Assembly: GCA_020060565.1 (NCBI GenBank)
Contig: JAGVAE010000001.1
Span: 130,671 to 194,670, forward strand
Direction: 5' to 3'
DNA length: 64,000 nucleotides
Source: Candidatus Woesebacteria bacterium
GTDB lineage: Bacteria > Patescibacteriota > Microgenomatia > UBA8517
Below, piece by piece: positions 53,467-62,324 of the stretch. Under the pieces are notes generated by a model that saw only the letters and a list, made by a program, of their open reading frames with translations, searched no databases and was not told the origin of the DNA. The position numbers and the translations under genes were made by a program. The stretch's first letter is position 1; each line of letters opens with the position of its first letter.

Positions 53467-53621
53467 TTGTAGAAACCACAATATGGGCAAGCTCTGTGGG
53501 TTTCTTTGAGTTTGCCGCAACCTGTGCATTTCATTAAATTTCCAAGTTTAATCTTGGGTTGTCCACCACGTCTGATATTACTTCGGGATCTTGTATGTTT
53601 TCTCTTTGGGAGTGGTACCAT
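53463..53621 (-). CDS. rpmF: 50S ribosomal protein L32 (52 aa, not in ORF track)
   Basis: Manual translation [18 protein letters not shown]...CTGCG...[11 protein letters not shown]. Confidence 0.93.
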   Translation of the reverse strand: MVPLPKRKHTRSRSNIRRGGQPKIKLGNLMKCTGCGKLKETHRACPYCGFYK

Positions 53622-53638
53622 ACCTCAATTATAAATTT

Positions 53639-55648
53639 TTAATTACCAATTTTCAATCGGGAAACCAACCTGGGATATTTATTAAGATTTTTGATTATAT
53701 CTCTCGCCACATCTTTTGCGGTTTTAATTAGTTCAATATCACTCCAACTGGCAACTTTAAGCTCAGGGAAACCTGATTGGGCTGTTCCAAATATCTCTCC
53801 TGGCCCTCTAATTTTAAGATCCAATTCAGCCAGTTCAAACCCAGACTGAGATTTTTCCATGGCCTTCAATCTTCTATATGCAGTTCCTGAATGGAAATTA
53901 CTGAAAAGAAGACAGTAAGACTGTTTAGCCCCCCTTCCCACACGTCCTCTTAGTTGGTGAAGCTGTGCAAGTCCAAATCTTTCGGCCGCTTCAACTACCA
54001 TGATGGTAGCATTTGGAATATCTATCCCAACCTCAACCACTGGAGTGGAAACCAAAATATCAATTTTTCCTGATCTAAAGTTTTCTAAAATCTCATCCTT
54101 TTGTTTTACTTTTAGTCTTCCATGTAAAAGCCCAACTCTTTGTTTATTGAATCTCGAAGCTAGAAGCTTGTATTCGGATGTCACATTCTTAATATCTTTC
54201 ATAGTTTCGCTTTTACTTTCTTCAATCAGTGGACAAACCCAGAAAGCCTGCGTATCAAAATTCAAGATTCTAGATTCTATCCACTCACAAGCCCTTTCTC
54301 TTTTTGTTTCAGGAACGACCCAGGTATTTATCTTTTGTCGTCCTTTCGGCATTTCTTTTAAGATGGATAAATCTAAATCTCCATAGGAAGTAAGGGCGAT
54401 GGTACGTGGGATTGGGGTTGCCGTCATGGTTAAAACATGTGGGGTACCAGTCTTTTTAACCAGATGGGTACGCTGTTCAACCCCAAATCTGTGTTGTTCA
54501 TCAATTACAACAAAAGCTACTTTGTCGAAGTTTACCTTGCTATGAATTAGTGAATGAGTTCCCACAAAAACCTGCCCGCCAGTCGCTTTCGCTCCAGGCG
54601 AATGCAGGCGGGTGTCGCTTGTTATTAAAGAAATACCAATACCGAATGGCGAAAATAATTTTTTAAGAGTCTGATAGTGTTGATTAGCTAAAATTTGGGT
54701 AGGAGCCATAATAAGACTTTGATAGCCGTTAAGAAAGGAAGCAAAAGCTCCAACGGCAGCAACTACTGTTTTTCCACTGCCAACATCCCCTTCAAGTAAA
54801 CGGTTCATGGGGATATCACGATTTAGGTCTTTTAAAATTTCATCTATGGTTTTGTTTTGAGATTCAGTCATATCAAAAGGCAGAGATGCAATAAATGGCT
54901 GAATAGCTGAAGAATTAACTGATATTTTATTTTTAACTTTATTTTTATTCCAGTTTAGTTTTCGAAATTCACTTTTAAGCTGCAAATTAAGAAGTTCGTT
55001 AAAAGCTAGCCTTCCTCTTCCCTCTTCTACTTCTTTTAAGTCCTTGGGAAAATGAACTTCGCGTATTGCTTCTTTAAAATCTACAAAACCAAATTTAGTC
55101 AATAAATCGTTGGGTAAGTAATCATCAATTGAAACAAAGTTAAAAGCATCTCTAATTTTTGTTCTAATCCATTTAGAAGAAAGACCCGCAGTTTCGGAAT
55201 AAATTGGAACAAATCGTCCCGTATGAAACGTTTCTTTTTCTTCAGAATCTAATATTTCATAATCAGGGGAGTTAATACAAAGTTTGCGATTGAAAAATCC
55301 AACCTTTCCAGAAAGAGAAACAAGTCGCCCTGGATATAAAGTTTTAATTAAAAAAGGTTGATTAAACCAAACAACCATAATTTTTCCTGTTGCATCCTCA
55401 ACTGACCCAATCTGCATCCTAATTCCCTTTTTTGAAAAAATATTGGCAATGGAAATAATTTTGGCATGAATTGTTACAACCTCATTTGCACGGAGCTTAT
55501 TTATTGTGGTTACAAGTGAATAATCAAGATAACGTGAGGGGACATGGTAAAAAAGGTTTTCGATGGTTCTGACTCCCAGTTTTTCAAACATTCTGGCAAA
55601 GAACGGACCAATTTTGGGGAGATTTGAAACACCGTCTTCAAGATTCAT
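53639..55648 (-). CDS. recG: ATP-dependent DNA helicase RecG
   Basis: GDVGSGKT, DEQHRFG, MTATPIPRT, QLHQLRGRVGRG, RGPGE. Confidence 0.97.
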   Translation of the reverse strand: MNLEDGVSNLPKIGPFFARMFEKLGVRTIENLFYHVPSRYLDYSLVTTINKLRANEVVTIHAKIISIANIFSKKGIRMQIGSVEDATGKIMVVWFNQPFLIKTLYPGRLVSLSGKVGFFNRKLCINSPDYEILDSEEKETFHTGRFVPIYSETAGLSSKWIRTKIRDAFNFVSIDDYLPNDLLTKFGFVDFKEAIREVHFPKDLKEVEEGRGRLAFNELLNLQLKSEFRKLNWNKNKVKNKISVNSSAIQPFIASLPFDMTESQNKTIDEILKDLNRDIPMNRLLEGDVGSGKTVVAAVGAFASFLNGYQSLIMAPTQILANQHYQTLKKLFSPFGIGISLITSDTRLHSPGAKATGGQVFVGTHSLIHSKVNFDKVAFVVIDEQHRFGVEQRTHLVKKTGTPHVLTMTATPIPRTIALTSYGDLDLSILKEMPKGRQKINTWVVPETKRERACEWIESRILNFDTQAFWVCPLIEESKSETMKDIKNVTSEYKLLASRFNKQRVGLLHGRLKVKQKDEILENFRSGKIDILVSTPVVEVGIDIPNATIMVVEAAERFGLAQLHQLRGRVGRGAKQSYCLLFSNFHSGTAYRRLKAMEKSQSGFELAELDLKIRGPGEIFGTAQSGFPELKVASWSDIELIKTAKDVARDIIKNLNKYPRLVSRLKIGN
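54571..54612. repeat. 42-bp GC-rich imperfect palindrome in frame within recG
   Basis: cctgcccgccagtcgctttcgctccaggcgaatgcaggcggg; 30/42 GC; cccgcc/ggcggg stem. Confidence 0.7.
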
Positions 55649-55664
55649 TAACACTTATTATACT

Positions 55665-56702
55665 TTATAAAGCTTCTTTGAACTTTCTATAGTCTGGGTT
55701 TAAAATTGATAAAACCGCGTTCATAGTCTGTAAACCAGTAAGATTACGTATATTCCAAGCACATGGATTTTCTAGAGTGAAATCAAAATTTCCTGTCTCA
55801 CCTGCGTAGCTTAGGTGAAAACCATCATTTAAATTGGGATCAAAAATATATTTAAGTGGCTGTACAGCTTTCCAGAAATTCCATGTAGGAATTCTGTTTT
55901 CAACTGCAACCTCTGCAACTTTCTTATTGATGGCTTCACTGTTGGCACATGTTGTAACAATGGGAATAATATAGTGATCAATTGCATATTTGACCACCGT
56001 ACTTAAATATTTTTTGTAATTTTCTGGTGACTGAGATTCTTGCTCATACGATATTAGAAGAAGCGATGGTTGTCTTAAAGCAACCTCACATTCAAGGTAG
56101 GATTGGTGTGACAAACATTCTTTTTGATGATTATTATCATACTTTAAAATCGGATTAACACTCAAAATACCTGCAGCATTTTGCCCTCCGTGTACAGTAG
56201 GAGGAAACCAACTCCACGATCCCTCAAACCATTTAATGGTAGCTTCAAGATCTTGATGTTTTCCGAGCTTGTAACTATTGGGAAAGTCAAACTGGCCAAA
56301 CAAATAACCACTAGTTGGTACCGACTCGCAATCACCAGCTTTAGAAAAAACATGTGAATTCGTCAGCCTTTTCGAGATACCACTGTTGTATATGTCTACG
56401 ATTTCTGGGTTAACAAACTCAGGGACTATTGGCCAATTTTTCCATTCCGAAGGATCGCCAACGGCTTCTTTATTTAGGGGGGGCGTAGCTGTTTTTGATA
56501 CAGGTTGAGTTTTTTTGGCTTCGGTAATTTCTTTGATTTCTGCTTGCGTAGAATTATCACTTTTTGGAAAAGATGAATTATCTTCTTTTGTGGTTGTGTC
56601 CGCGGGTGCGTCACCAGCATTTTCAATTTTAGTCGACAGGAATAATGCAACCATACTAATTGCTGAAATTTTAAGAAAATCTCTTCGCGAAATCTCTTTC
56701 AT
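55665..56702 (-). CDS. Twin-arginine-motif secreted protein, SGNH/GDSL hydrolase-like
   Basis: SRRDFLK; KAGDCES and DGFHLS motifs. Confidence 0.65.
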   Translation of the reverse strand: MKEISRRDFLKISAISMVALFLSTKIENAGDAPADTTTKEDNSSFPKSDNSTQAEIKEITEAKKTQPVSKTATPPLNKEAVGDPSEWKNWPIVPEFVNPEIVDIYNSGISKRLTNSHVFSKAGDCESVPTSGYLFGQFDFPNSYKLGKHQDLEATIKWFEGSWSWFPPTVHGGQNAAGILSVNPILKYDNNHQKECLSHQSYLECEVALRQPSLLLISYEQESQSPENYKKYLSTVVKYAIDHYIIPIVTTCANSEAINKKVAEVAVENRIPTWNFWKAVQPLKYIFDPNLNDGFHLSYAGETGNFDFTLENPCAWNIRNLTGLQTMNAVLSILNPDYRKFKEAL

Positions 56703-56774
56703 AAGAAGGTATAATACTCTATATTATAGGTCAATGCAAATAATCACATGTTGATGCTCTTTATATTACTCTAA

Positions 56775-56806
56775 AGATTTGAAACACTGTCTTCAAGATT
56801 CATTAA
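56775..56806 (-). repeat. Relict copy of recG 5' end (MNLEDSVSNL*); intact copy 55620-55651
   Basis: 32 bp with 1 mismatch; relict copy ends in TAG. Confidence 0.92.
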
Positions 56807-56827
56807 GGACAATTATATCAGTATTAA

Positions 56828-57814
56828 TTAATGCTCGAGGATTTGAAGTAATTGTTTGTCTTTTGCCACCTCCAACCTACAAGTTCCACCAACTGGAAAG
56901 CTAATTATTGGAGATGTGTGGCCAAAATCAACATTGGCAAGAACGGGAATATTATTTAATTCTTTCTTAGTTTTTATAATTTGAGTTAGTAGACTATTTG
57001 TCATTTCACTTTCTCTTTGGAATCTGCCAATTACAATGCCACGAACTCCAGAAAAATCTGGTAAGTGGATTAGAGATTGAAGGTTTCTGTCAAAATCTAC
57101 ATATTTTGATGTTCTATCATCCTCAATAAATAAAATAGATTTAAAAAGTCGCGGCATAAATTCCGTTCCTTGCAATAAATTAAATGTACACAAGTTTGCT
57201 CCCAGAATTGTTCCTTCGGCCGCTCCATCATTAATTACGAGCCAACCTTCATTGGGGGTCTGTTTTCTATTGTCTTGATCCATGTACCATTCATCGTCTG
57301 TCCAGGCATCACTTGGTTTTATTTCAAAGGGACTGTTTTCAAACAAGCATTTCTTAAAATAATCTAGCGTATAGTCAAAATATAACTTTTGTCCGAATGT
57401 TGAATATTGGGGTGAAGAATAAGTCACAAGACCTGTTTTTGCAAAGAATGAATTGTTTAGCGCAGTAATATCAGAAAAGCCACAAATTATTTTCGGATTC
57501 TTTTTAATTAAGTCCCAATCAATATATTTAAGAAGTTGGTTTGAATTAAAACCACCAATTACGGTAAAAACTGCTTTAACATTTTTATCAGAAAAAGCTT
57601 CATGTAGACCCTCAATACGTGATTCAATTGAAGATGATAAAAAATCGTCCGTTTCTTCCACATGTTTACTAAAAGTTAATTTAAGACCTAAAGCTTCAAG
57701 TCTATCATTAGCAATTTTCCTGTTTGCTTTACTTATAATTGATAAAGATCTTGATGGAGCAATAACACGAACTTCATCTCCTGCCTTTAATTTTTCTGGA
57801 AATATTTTATCCAT
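56828..57814 (-). CDS. S66 peptidase (LD-carboxypeptidase/MccF-like)
   Basis: IAPS, IGG.NS, GFSDIT, GANL, LFIED, FGHT. Confidence 0.92.
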   Translation of the reverse strand: MDKIFPEKLKAGDEVRVIAPSRSLSIISKANRKIANDRLEALGLKLTFSKHVEETDDFLSSSIESRIEGLHEAFSDKNVKAVFTVIGGFNSNQLLKYIDWDLIKKNPKIICGFSDITALNNSFFAKTGLVTYSSPQYSTFGQKLYFDYTLDYFKKCLFENSPFEIKPSDAWTDDEWYMDQDNRKQTPNEGWLVINDGAAEGTILGANLCTFNLLQGTEFMPRLFKSILFIEDDRTSKYVDFDRNLQSLIHLPDFSGVRGIVIGRFQRESEMTNSLLTQIIKTKKELNNIPVLANVDFGHTSPIISFPVGGTCRLEVAKDKQLLQILEH

Positions 57815-57846
57815 AATTGATTCTACCATTTTTGTTTTATATTGAA

Positions 57847-58004
57847 GGACATCTTGAATATGGTGAAACAGTTCTGGAAGGATGTAAAATGGAAAATCTT
57901 CCCGATAATTTATTTCCCATCCTCTAACCAAAAAATTGGTTGAGAATCATAAAAAAGGATTTCCAAATGCAGGGAAATATGTAGGGAGAATGGATAGTAA
58001 ATAA
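57847..58004 (+). pseudogene. NUDIX hydrolase relic
   Basis: GHLEYGETVLEGCK (partial Nudix box) joined to ENLPDNLFP then a stop; no start. Confidence 0.55.
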
Positions 58005-58005
58005 C

Positions 58006-58482
58006 TTATTTCCTAAGTGCATCAAATCCTTTTTGAATGTAAATACTAACATTGGGGGCAAACTCCATTTTCTTTAATTTATCTTCTGTTATCCACTTAA
58101 CGTCAATTGTGTCTTCCAAAGGTTTACCTTCACCAGATTTCCAGTGACAAAGGAAAACCAAGGCAACTACATGCTGACCCGTTGAACGAATAAAAGTGTT
58201 ATTAGTTAGAAGTTGAGCATCATCTTTTATTTCAACTCCAGTTTCTTCCATGACCTCTTTTTTGAGAGTTTCTTCGATAATGTTCCAAACATTTCCAGGA
58301 GTTTTTTCTACTTTACCGCCTGGGATTGTCCAACTACCTGGTTGGTGCGTTTCCTCAAAACTTCTTTGGGAAACAAGAATCCTGCCATCTTTTTCTACTA
58401 CAGCATTAACTAAAATTAAGTGTGTTTTATCTGTTGCCAGGTCAGACGAATTAATATTTGAAGAAGATCCTTTTTTATCCAT
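58006..58482 (-). CDS. NUDIX hydrolase
   Basis: WTIPGGKVE...KKEVMEETG. Confidence 0.9.
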   Translation of the reverse strand: MDKKGSSSNINSSDLATDKTHLILVNAVVEKDGRILVSQRSFEETHQPGSWTIPGGKVEKTPGNVWNIIEETLKKEVMEETGVEIKDDAQLLTNNTFIRSTGQHVVALVFLCHWKSGEGKPLEDTIDVKWITEDKLKKMEFAPNVSIYIQKGFDALRK

Positions 58483-58576
58483 AAATAATATAAGGGAGGA
58501 TGGTGCCGGCAAGAAGTGCCAGAGATGCAATTACTGTAATAACCACAAATATTTTTTTACCCTTTTTAGATATCAT
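58475..58576 (-). CDS. 33-aa single-TM small protein (not in ORF track)
   Basis: MISKKGKKIFVVITVIASLALLAGTILPYIIYG; abuts tyrS stop and overlaps next start. Confidence 0.6.
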   Translation of the reverse strand: MISKKGKKIFVVITVIASLALLAGTILPYIIYG

Positions 58577-59731
58577 TTATTTTGAAACTTTTAAAAAAGT
58601 TCTCTCTCCTACTTTTATTTCATCTCCCACACAAACTTTATATTTTGGATCAGTAACAGTTTTATTATTTACGTCAACAGCGTTTTGTTTAATCAATCTT
58701 TTCGCATCACTAATACTTCCAAGGGTTGTATAAGGTGAAACTGTTTCGGAAAGACTCTTGCCTGACATTACTTTAATGTCAAAAATAGGGGCTTTTTCCT
58801 GAAATGTAGTTTCAAAATCTTTCTCTGCGCTTTTAGCACTTCCCTCTCCCCAAAGAAGTTTTACAATTTCAAATGCAAGGCGTTTCTTTTCCATCATTGG
58901 ACTCTTCTTAATTTTTTCTTCCAAGCCAGTAAGGGGACATTCAGTCAAAAGCTCAAATCCCAAAAGTATTGTTTCATCAGGAAAGCTCATTACTCCTGCA
59001 TAAAACTTTTCAGGGGTTGAGTCTAGGAAAAGTGCATTGCCTGTTGTTTTGCCTACTTTATTTCCCTCTTTATCTACCAGAAGTTTTGTTGTTAAAACAG
59101 ACTTTTCTTTACCTTTAATGGCTTTCATCAGGGTTCTGCCAACCATCATGTTAAAAAGCTGATCATTACCTCCAATTTCAAGATCAACATCCATAGCAAC
59201 ACAATCATAGCCTTGGAAGATTGGATACAAAAGTTCACTGATTCTAATATCAGTGCCTTTTTTTATTCTTTCTTGGAACATATCACGCTCAATCAATTGT
59301 GCATATGAAACATTGGAAGTTATTTCAACAACATCCTTTGCAGAAAGTTTATCGCTCCATTCGGAATTAAACATAATCTTTGCGGGGTTATTTCCTTCAA
59401 AATCCAAAAGCATTGAAGCTTGAGCTTTCCAAGCTTTGGCGTTTTCCAATACTTGTTCGCGTGTTAACTTTGGCCTGGTTGCAAGTTTATCTGTTGGGTC
59501 CCCTATCATTCCAGTAAAATCTCCAACTAAGAATATTACTTCATGACCTAATTTTTGGAACTGTCTAAGTTTCACTAAGCCCACAAAATTTCCCAAATGA
59601 AGTGAAGGCATGGAAGGGTCAAACCCTTGATAGAGTTTGATTTTTTGTTTTGCCATCAAGTCGTGTAGACCTTTTTTATCAGGTAAAACTTGAGCTACTC
59701 CCCGTGTTAATACTTCATCAATTTTGTCCAT
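58577..59731 (-). CDS. tyrS: Tyrosine--tRNA ligase
   Basis: GFDP..LHLGN, GGNDQ, KVGKT, C-terminal S4 domain. Confidence 0.96.
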   Translation of the reverse strand: MDKIDEVLTRGVAQVLPDKKGLHDLMAKQKIKLYQGFDPSMPSLHLGNFVGLVKLRQFQKLGHEVIFLVGDFTGMIGDPTDKLATRPKLTREQVLENAKAWKAQASMLLDFEGNNPAKIMFNSEWSDKLSAKDVVEITSNVSYAQLIERDMFQERIKKGTDIRISELLYPIFQGYDCVAMDVDLEIGGNDQLFNMMVGRTLMKAIKGKEKSVLTTKLLVDKEGNKVGKTTGNALFLDSTPEKFYAGVMSFPDETILLGFELLTECPLTGLEEKIKKSPMMEKKRLAFEIVKLLWGEGSAKSAEKDFETTFQEKAPIFDIKVMSGKSLSETVSPYTTLGSISDAKRLIKQNAVDVNNKTVTDPKYKVCVGDEIKVGERTFLKVSK

Positions 59732-59768
59732 ATCTAAATTATAGCCATGTACTCATTAATTTGCTAGA

Positions 59769-62324
59769 ATGTATCGGAACATGTGGAGAGATCGAAGAAG
59801 ATATAGAACGGAATTAACAAAGAGCAGGAAGCTTGTTAAGTATGCAAAGCTTGGGTTTATTGGAGTTATTTTTCTGGTTATTCTTCTTTTTGTTGGAGTT
59901 CCCCTTCTTTCTTTAACACTTCCATCTCCTGATAAAATAGTTCGTCAAACTGGTTTTTCAACCCAGATAATGGATAGAAATGGCCAGGTTCTTTATGATG
60001 TTTACGCCAATCAAAACAGGTCCCCCGAGAAACTTGAAGACATTCCCCTTTACCTGCGCCAGGCTACAATAGCCATTGAAGACAAAAATTTTTATACCCA
60101 TTCAGGTTTTGACCCGTTGGGTATGGTTCGCGGTCTTTTTAGGATCTTTACCAGAGGACGTGCCCAGGGAGGTTCAACCCTAACTCAGCAGTTAATTAAA
60201 AATGCGCTTTTGAGTAATGACAGAACGGTTGTGAGAAAAATTAAAGAGTTTGTTTTAGCAATCGAAATTGAGAGAAAATATTCTAAAGATCAAATACTTC
60301 AGATGTATCTTAATGAAGTCCCATACGGAGGTACCGCCTGGGGAGTTGGAGCTGCTGCTCAAACATATTTTGGCAAGGCTGTTAAAGATTTAAATTTAAT
60401 TGAATGCGCAATCTTAGCAGGAATGCCGCAAAGCCCTTCTAACTATTCACCTTATTCTTCAACACCCAAAGCATACGTTCAGCGCACAAAAGATGTACTT
60501 AGGCGCATGCGGGAGGATGGACATATAAATAAGCAACAGGAAGCTCAAGCAATTGAGCAGTTGAGTAGTGTTACTTTTCAGGCAAAGGGGGCAGGGTTTA
60601 AAGCTCCCCATTTTGTCCAATATGTTGAAAAAATTCTAGAAGAAAGATATGGTCAAGCCTCAGTTGAACAGGGGGGATTAAAAGTTACAACTACCCTGGA
60701 TCTTGAGCTCCAAGAAAAAGCACAGCAAATAGTATCTGAAGAAATAGCCAAAGTTGAAAAGCAACATATTACAAACGGAGCGGCGGTTGTTGTTAATCCC
60801 GAAACTGGAGAAATTCTAGCCATGATTGGTTCAAAAGACTTTAATACCCCCGGAGTTGGTCAATACAATGTTGTGACCGCACTAAGACAACCCGGAAGCT
60901 CTTTTAAACCATTTACATATGTAACAGCATTTAAAGAGGGCTATACCGCTTCAAGTTTACTTATGGATGTTCCCACCACATTTCCTGGAGGAGCTGGTCA
61001 GCCCGATTACATTCCTGTTAACTATGACAATAAATTTGTTGGCCCCATTCAGATGAGATACGCCTTGGCAAATTCAAGAAATATCCCAGCTGTCAAAACT
61101 CTGGCTAAGGTTGGGATAAAAGATGTTTTAACTACTGCAACTGATATGGGTTTAACTACCCTTCCTCCAACAAATGATACTTTAAAACGAGTAGGGCTTT
61201 CCTTGACTCTTGGGGGTGGTGAAGTAAGACTTTTAGATATGGCAACTGCTTATTCAGCATTTGTAAATAAGGGAGCAAGAATTGAACCCATATCTATTTT
61301 GAAAGTAGTTGATGCCAACGGAAAGGTTTTGGAGGAAAACAAACCCAAAAAAGGCAAACAAGTTCTAACAGAACAGCAAGCTTTTATCATAAACTCAATT
61401 CTTTCTGACAATGATGCCAGGTCAGCTGAGTTTGGAGTTAATTCATATTTGAAAGTTCCAGGACTTAACGTAATGGTTAAAACAGGAACAACTAATGATA
61501 AACGTGACAACTGGACTATTGGAGGAAATGGAAATGCAATGGTTGGAGTTTGGGTGGGAAACAATGACAACTCTCCAATGCTTAATGTTGCCTCGGGTAT
61601 TAGTGGCGCCTCCCCCATTTGGCATAAAATTGTTGTTGCGGCAATGCAAGGAAAGCCAAAACTTTCCTTTGACATTCCAGATGGGGTGATTACTGCACAA
61701 GTGGATTTAGTTTCAGGTTATGCTGCTCATGATGGATTCCCCTCTCGGTCCGAAGTATTTATTAAAGGAACAGAACCAACTGGCACCGATCCAATCCATA
61801 CAATGCTTAAGATTTGTAAAAGTGATGGAAATCTGGCAAATCCAAGTGACATAGCAGCTGGAAATTATGACAAAAGGGAATATTTTGTCTTTAAAGAGGA
61901 AGACCCGACAGCTGCTCCTGGGCAAACCAATAGGTGGCAGGAAGGAATCTTAAATTGGTTAAATACCCAGGGAGATAGTCGTTATAAACCACCCACTTCA
62001 TACTGTGGAACAAGCAATCCTTTAAATGTTGAGTTTATAAGCCCCACCGATCAAACAAGTGATATTCCACCTGGAGATTACACGGTTTCTTTTAAAGCCA
62101 ATTCAAACTCAGCGATTACCCAATCGTCCTTAAAAGTAAATGATAGTCAAATATGTGGATTCAGTAGTGGAAATAATAACTATACATGTAATGTAAGCTT
62201 TGCAAATAAAGGTGTTTATACATTAAAAGCAGAAGCAAGTGATGCTCAAGGACACACTTCAAATAGAATTATCACGGTTGGAGTTGGGCAATCTTGGAAC
62301 GCCACCCCATCACCTACTCCTTAA
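59769..62324 (+). CDS. Class A penicillin-binding protein (PBP1A-like) with C-terminal Ig-like domain
   Basis: EDKNFY, GGSTLTQQL, RKIKE; SSFK, SRN, KTGT. Confidence 0.93.
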   Translation: MYRNMWRDRRRYRTELTKSRKLVKYAKLGFIGVIFLVILLFVGVPLLSLTLPSPDKIVRQTGFSTQIMDRNGQVLYDVYANQNRSPEKLEDIPLYLRQATIAIEDKNFYTHSGFDPLGMVRGLFRIFTRGRAQGGSTLTQQLIKNALLSNDRTVVRKIKEFVLAIEIERKYSKDQILQMYLNEVPYGGTAWGVGAAAQTYFGKAVKDLNLIECAILAGMPQSPSNYSPYSSTPKAYVQRTKDVLRRMREDGHINKQQEAQAIEQLSSVTFQAKGAGFKAPHFVQYVEKILEERYGQASVEQGGLKVTTTLDLELQEKAQQIVSEEIAKVEKQHITNGAAVVVNPETGEILAMIGSKDFNTPGVGQYNVVTALRQPGSSFKPFTYVTAFKEGYTASSLLMDVPTTFPGGAGQPDYIPVNYDNKFVGPIQMRYALANSRNIPAVKTLAKVGIKDVLTTATDMGLTTLPPTNDTLKRVGLSLTLGGGEVRLLDMATAYSAFVNKGARIEPISILKVVDANGKVLEENKPKKGKQVLTEQQAFIINSILSDNDARSAEFGVNSYLKVPGLNVMVKTGTTNDKRDNWTIGGNGNAMVGVWVGNNDNSPMLNVASGISGASPIWHKIVVAAMQGKPKLSFDIPDGVITAQVDLVSGYAAHDGFPSRSEVFIKGTEPTGTDPIHTMLKICKSDGNLANPSDIAAGNYDKREYFVFKEEDPTAAPGQTNRWQEGILNWLNTQGDSRYKPPTSYCGTSNPLNVEFISPTDQTSDIPPGDYTVSFKANSNSAITQSSLKVNDSQICGFSSGNNNYTCNVSFANKGVYTLKAEASDAQGHTSNRIITVGVGQSWNATPSPTP

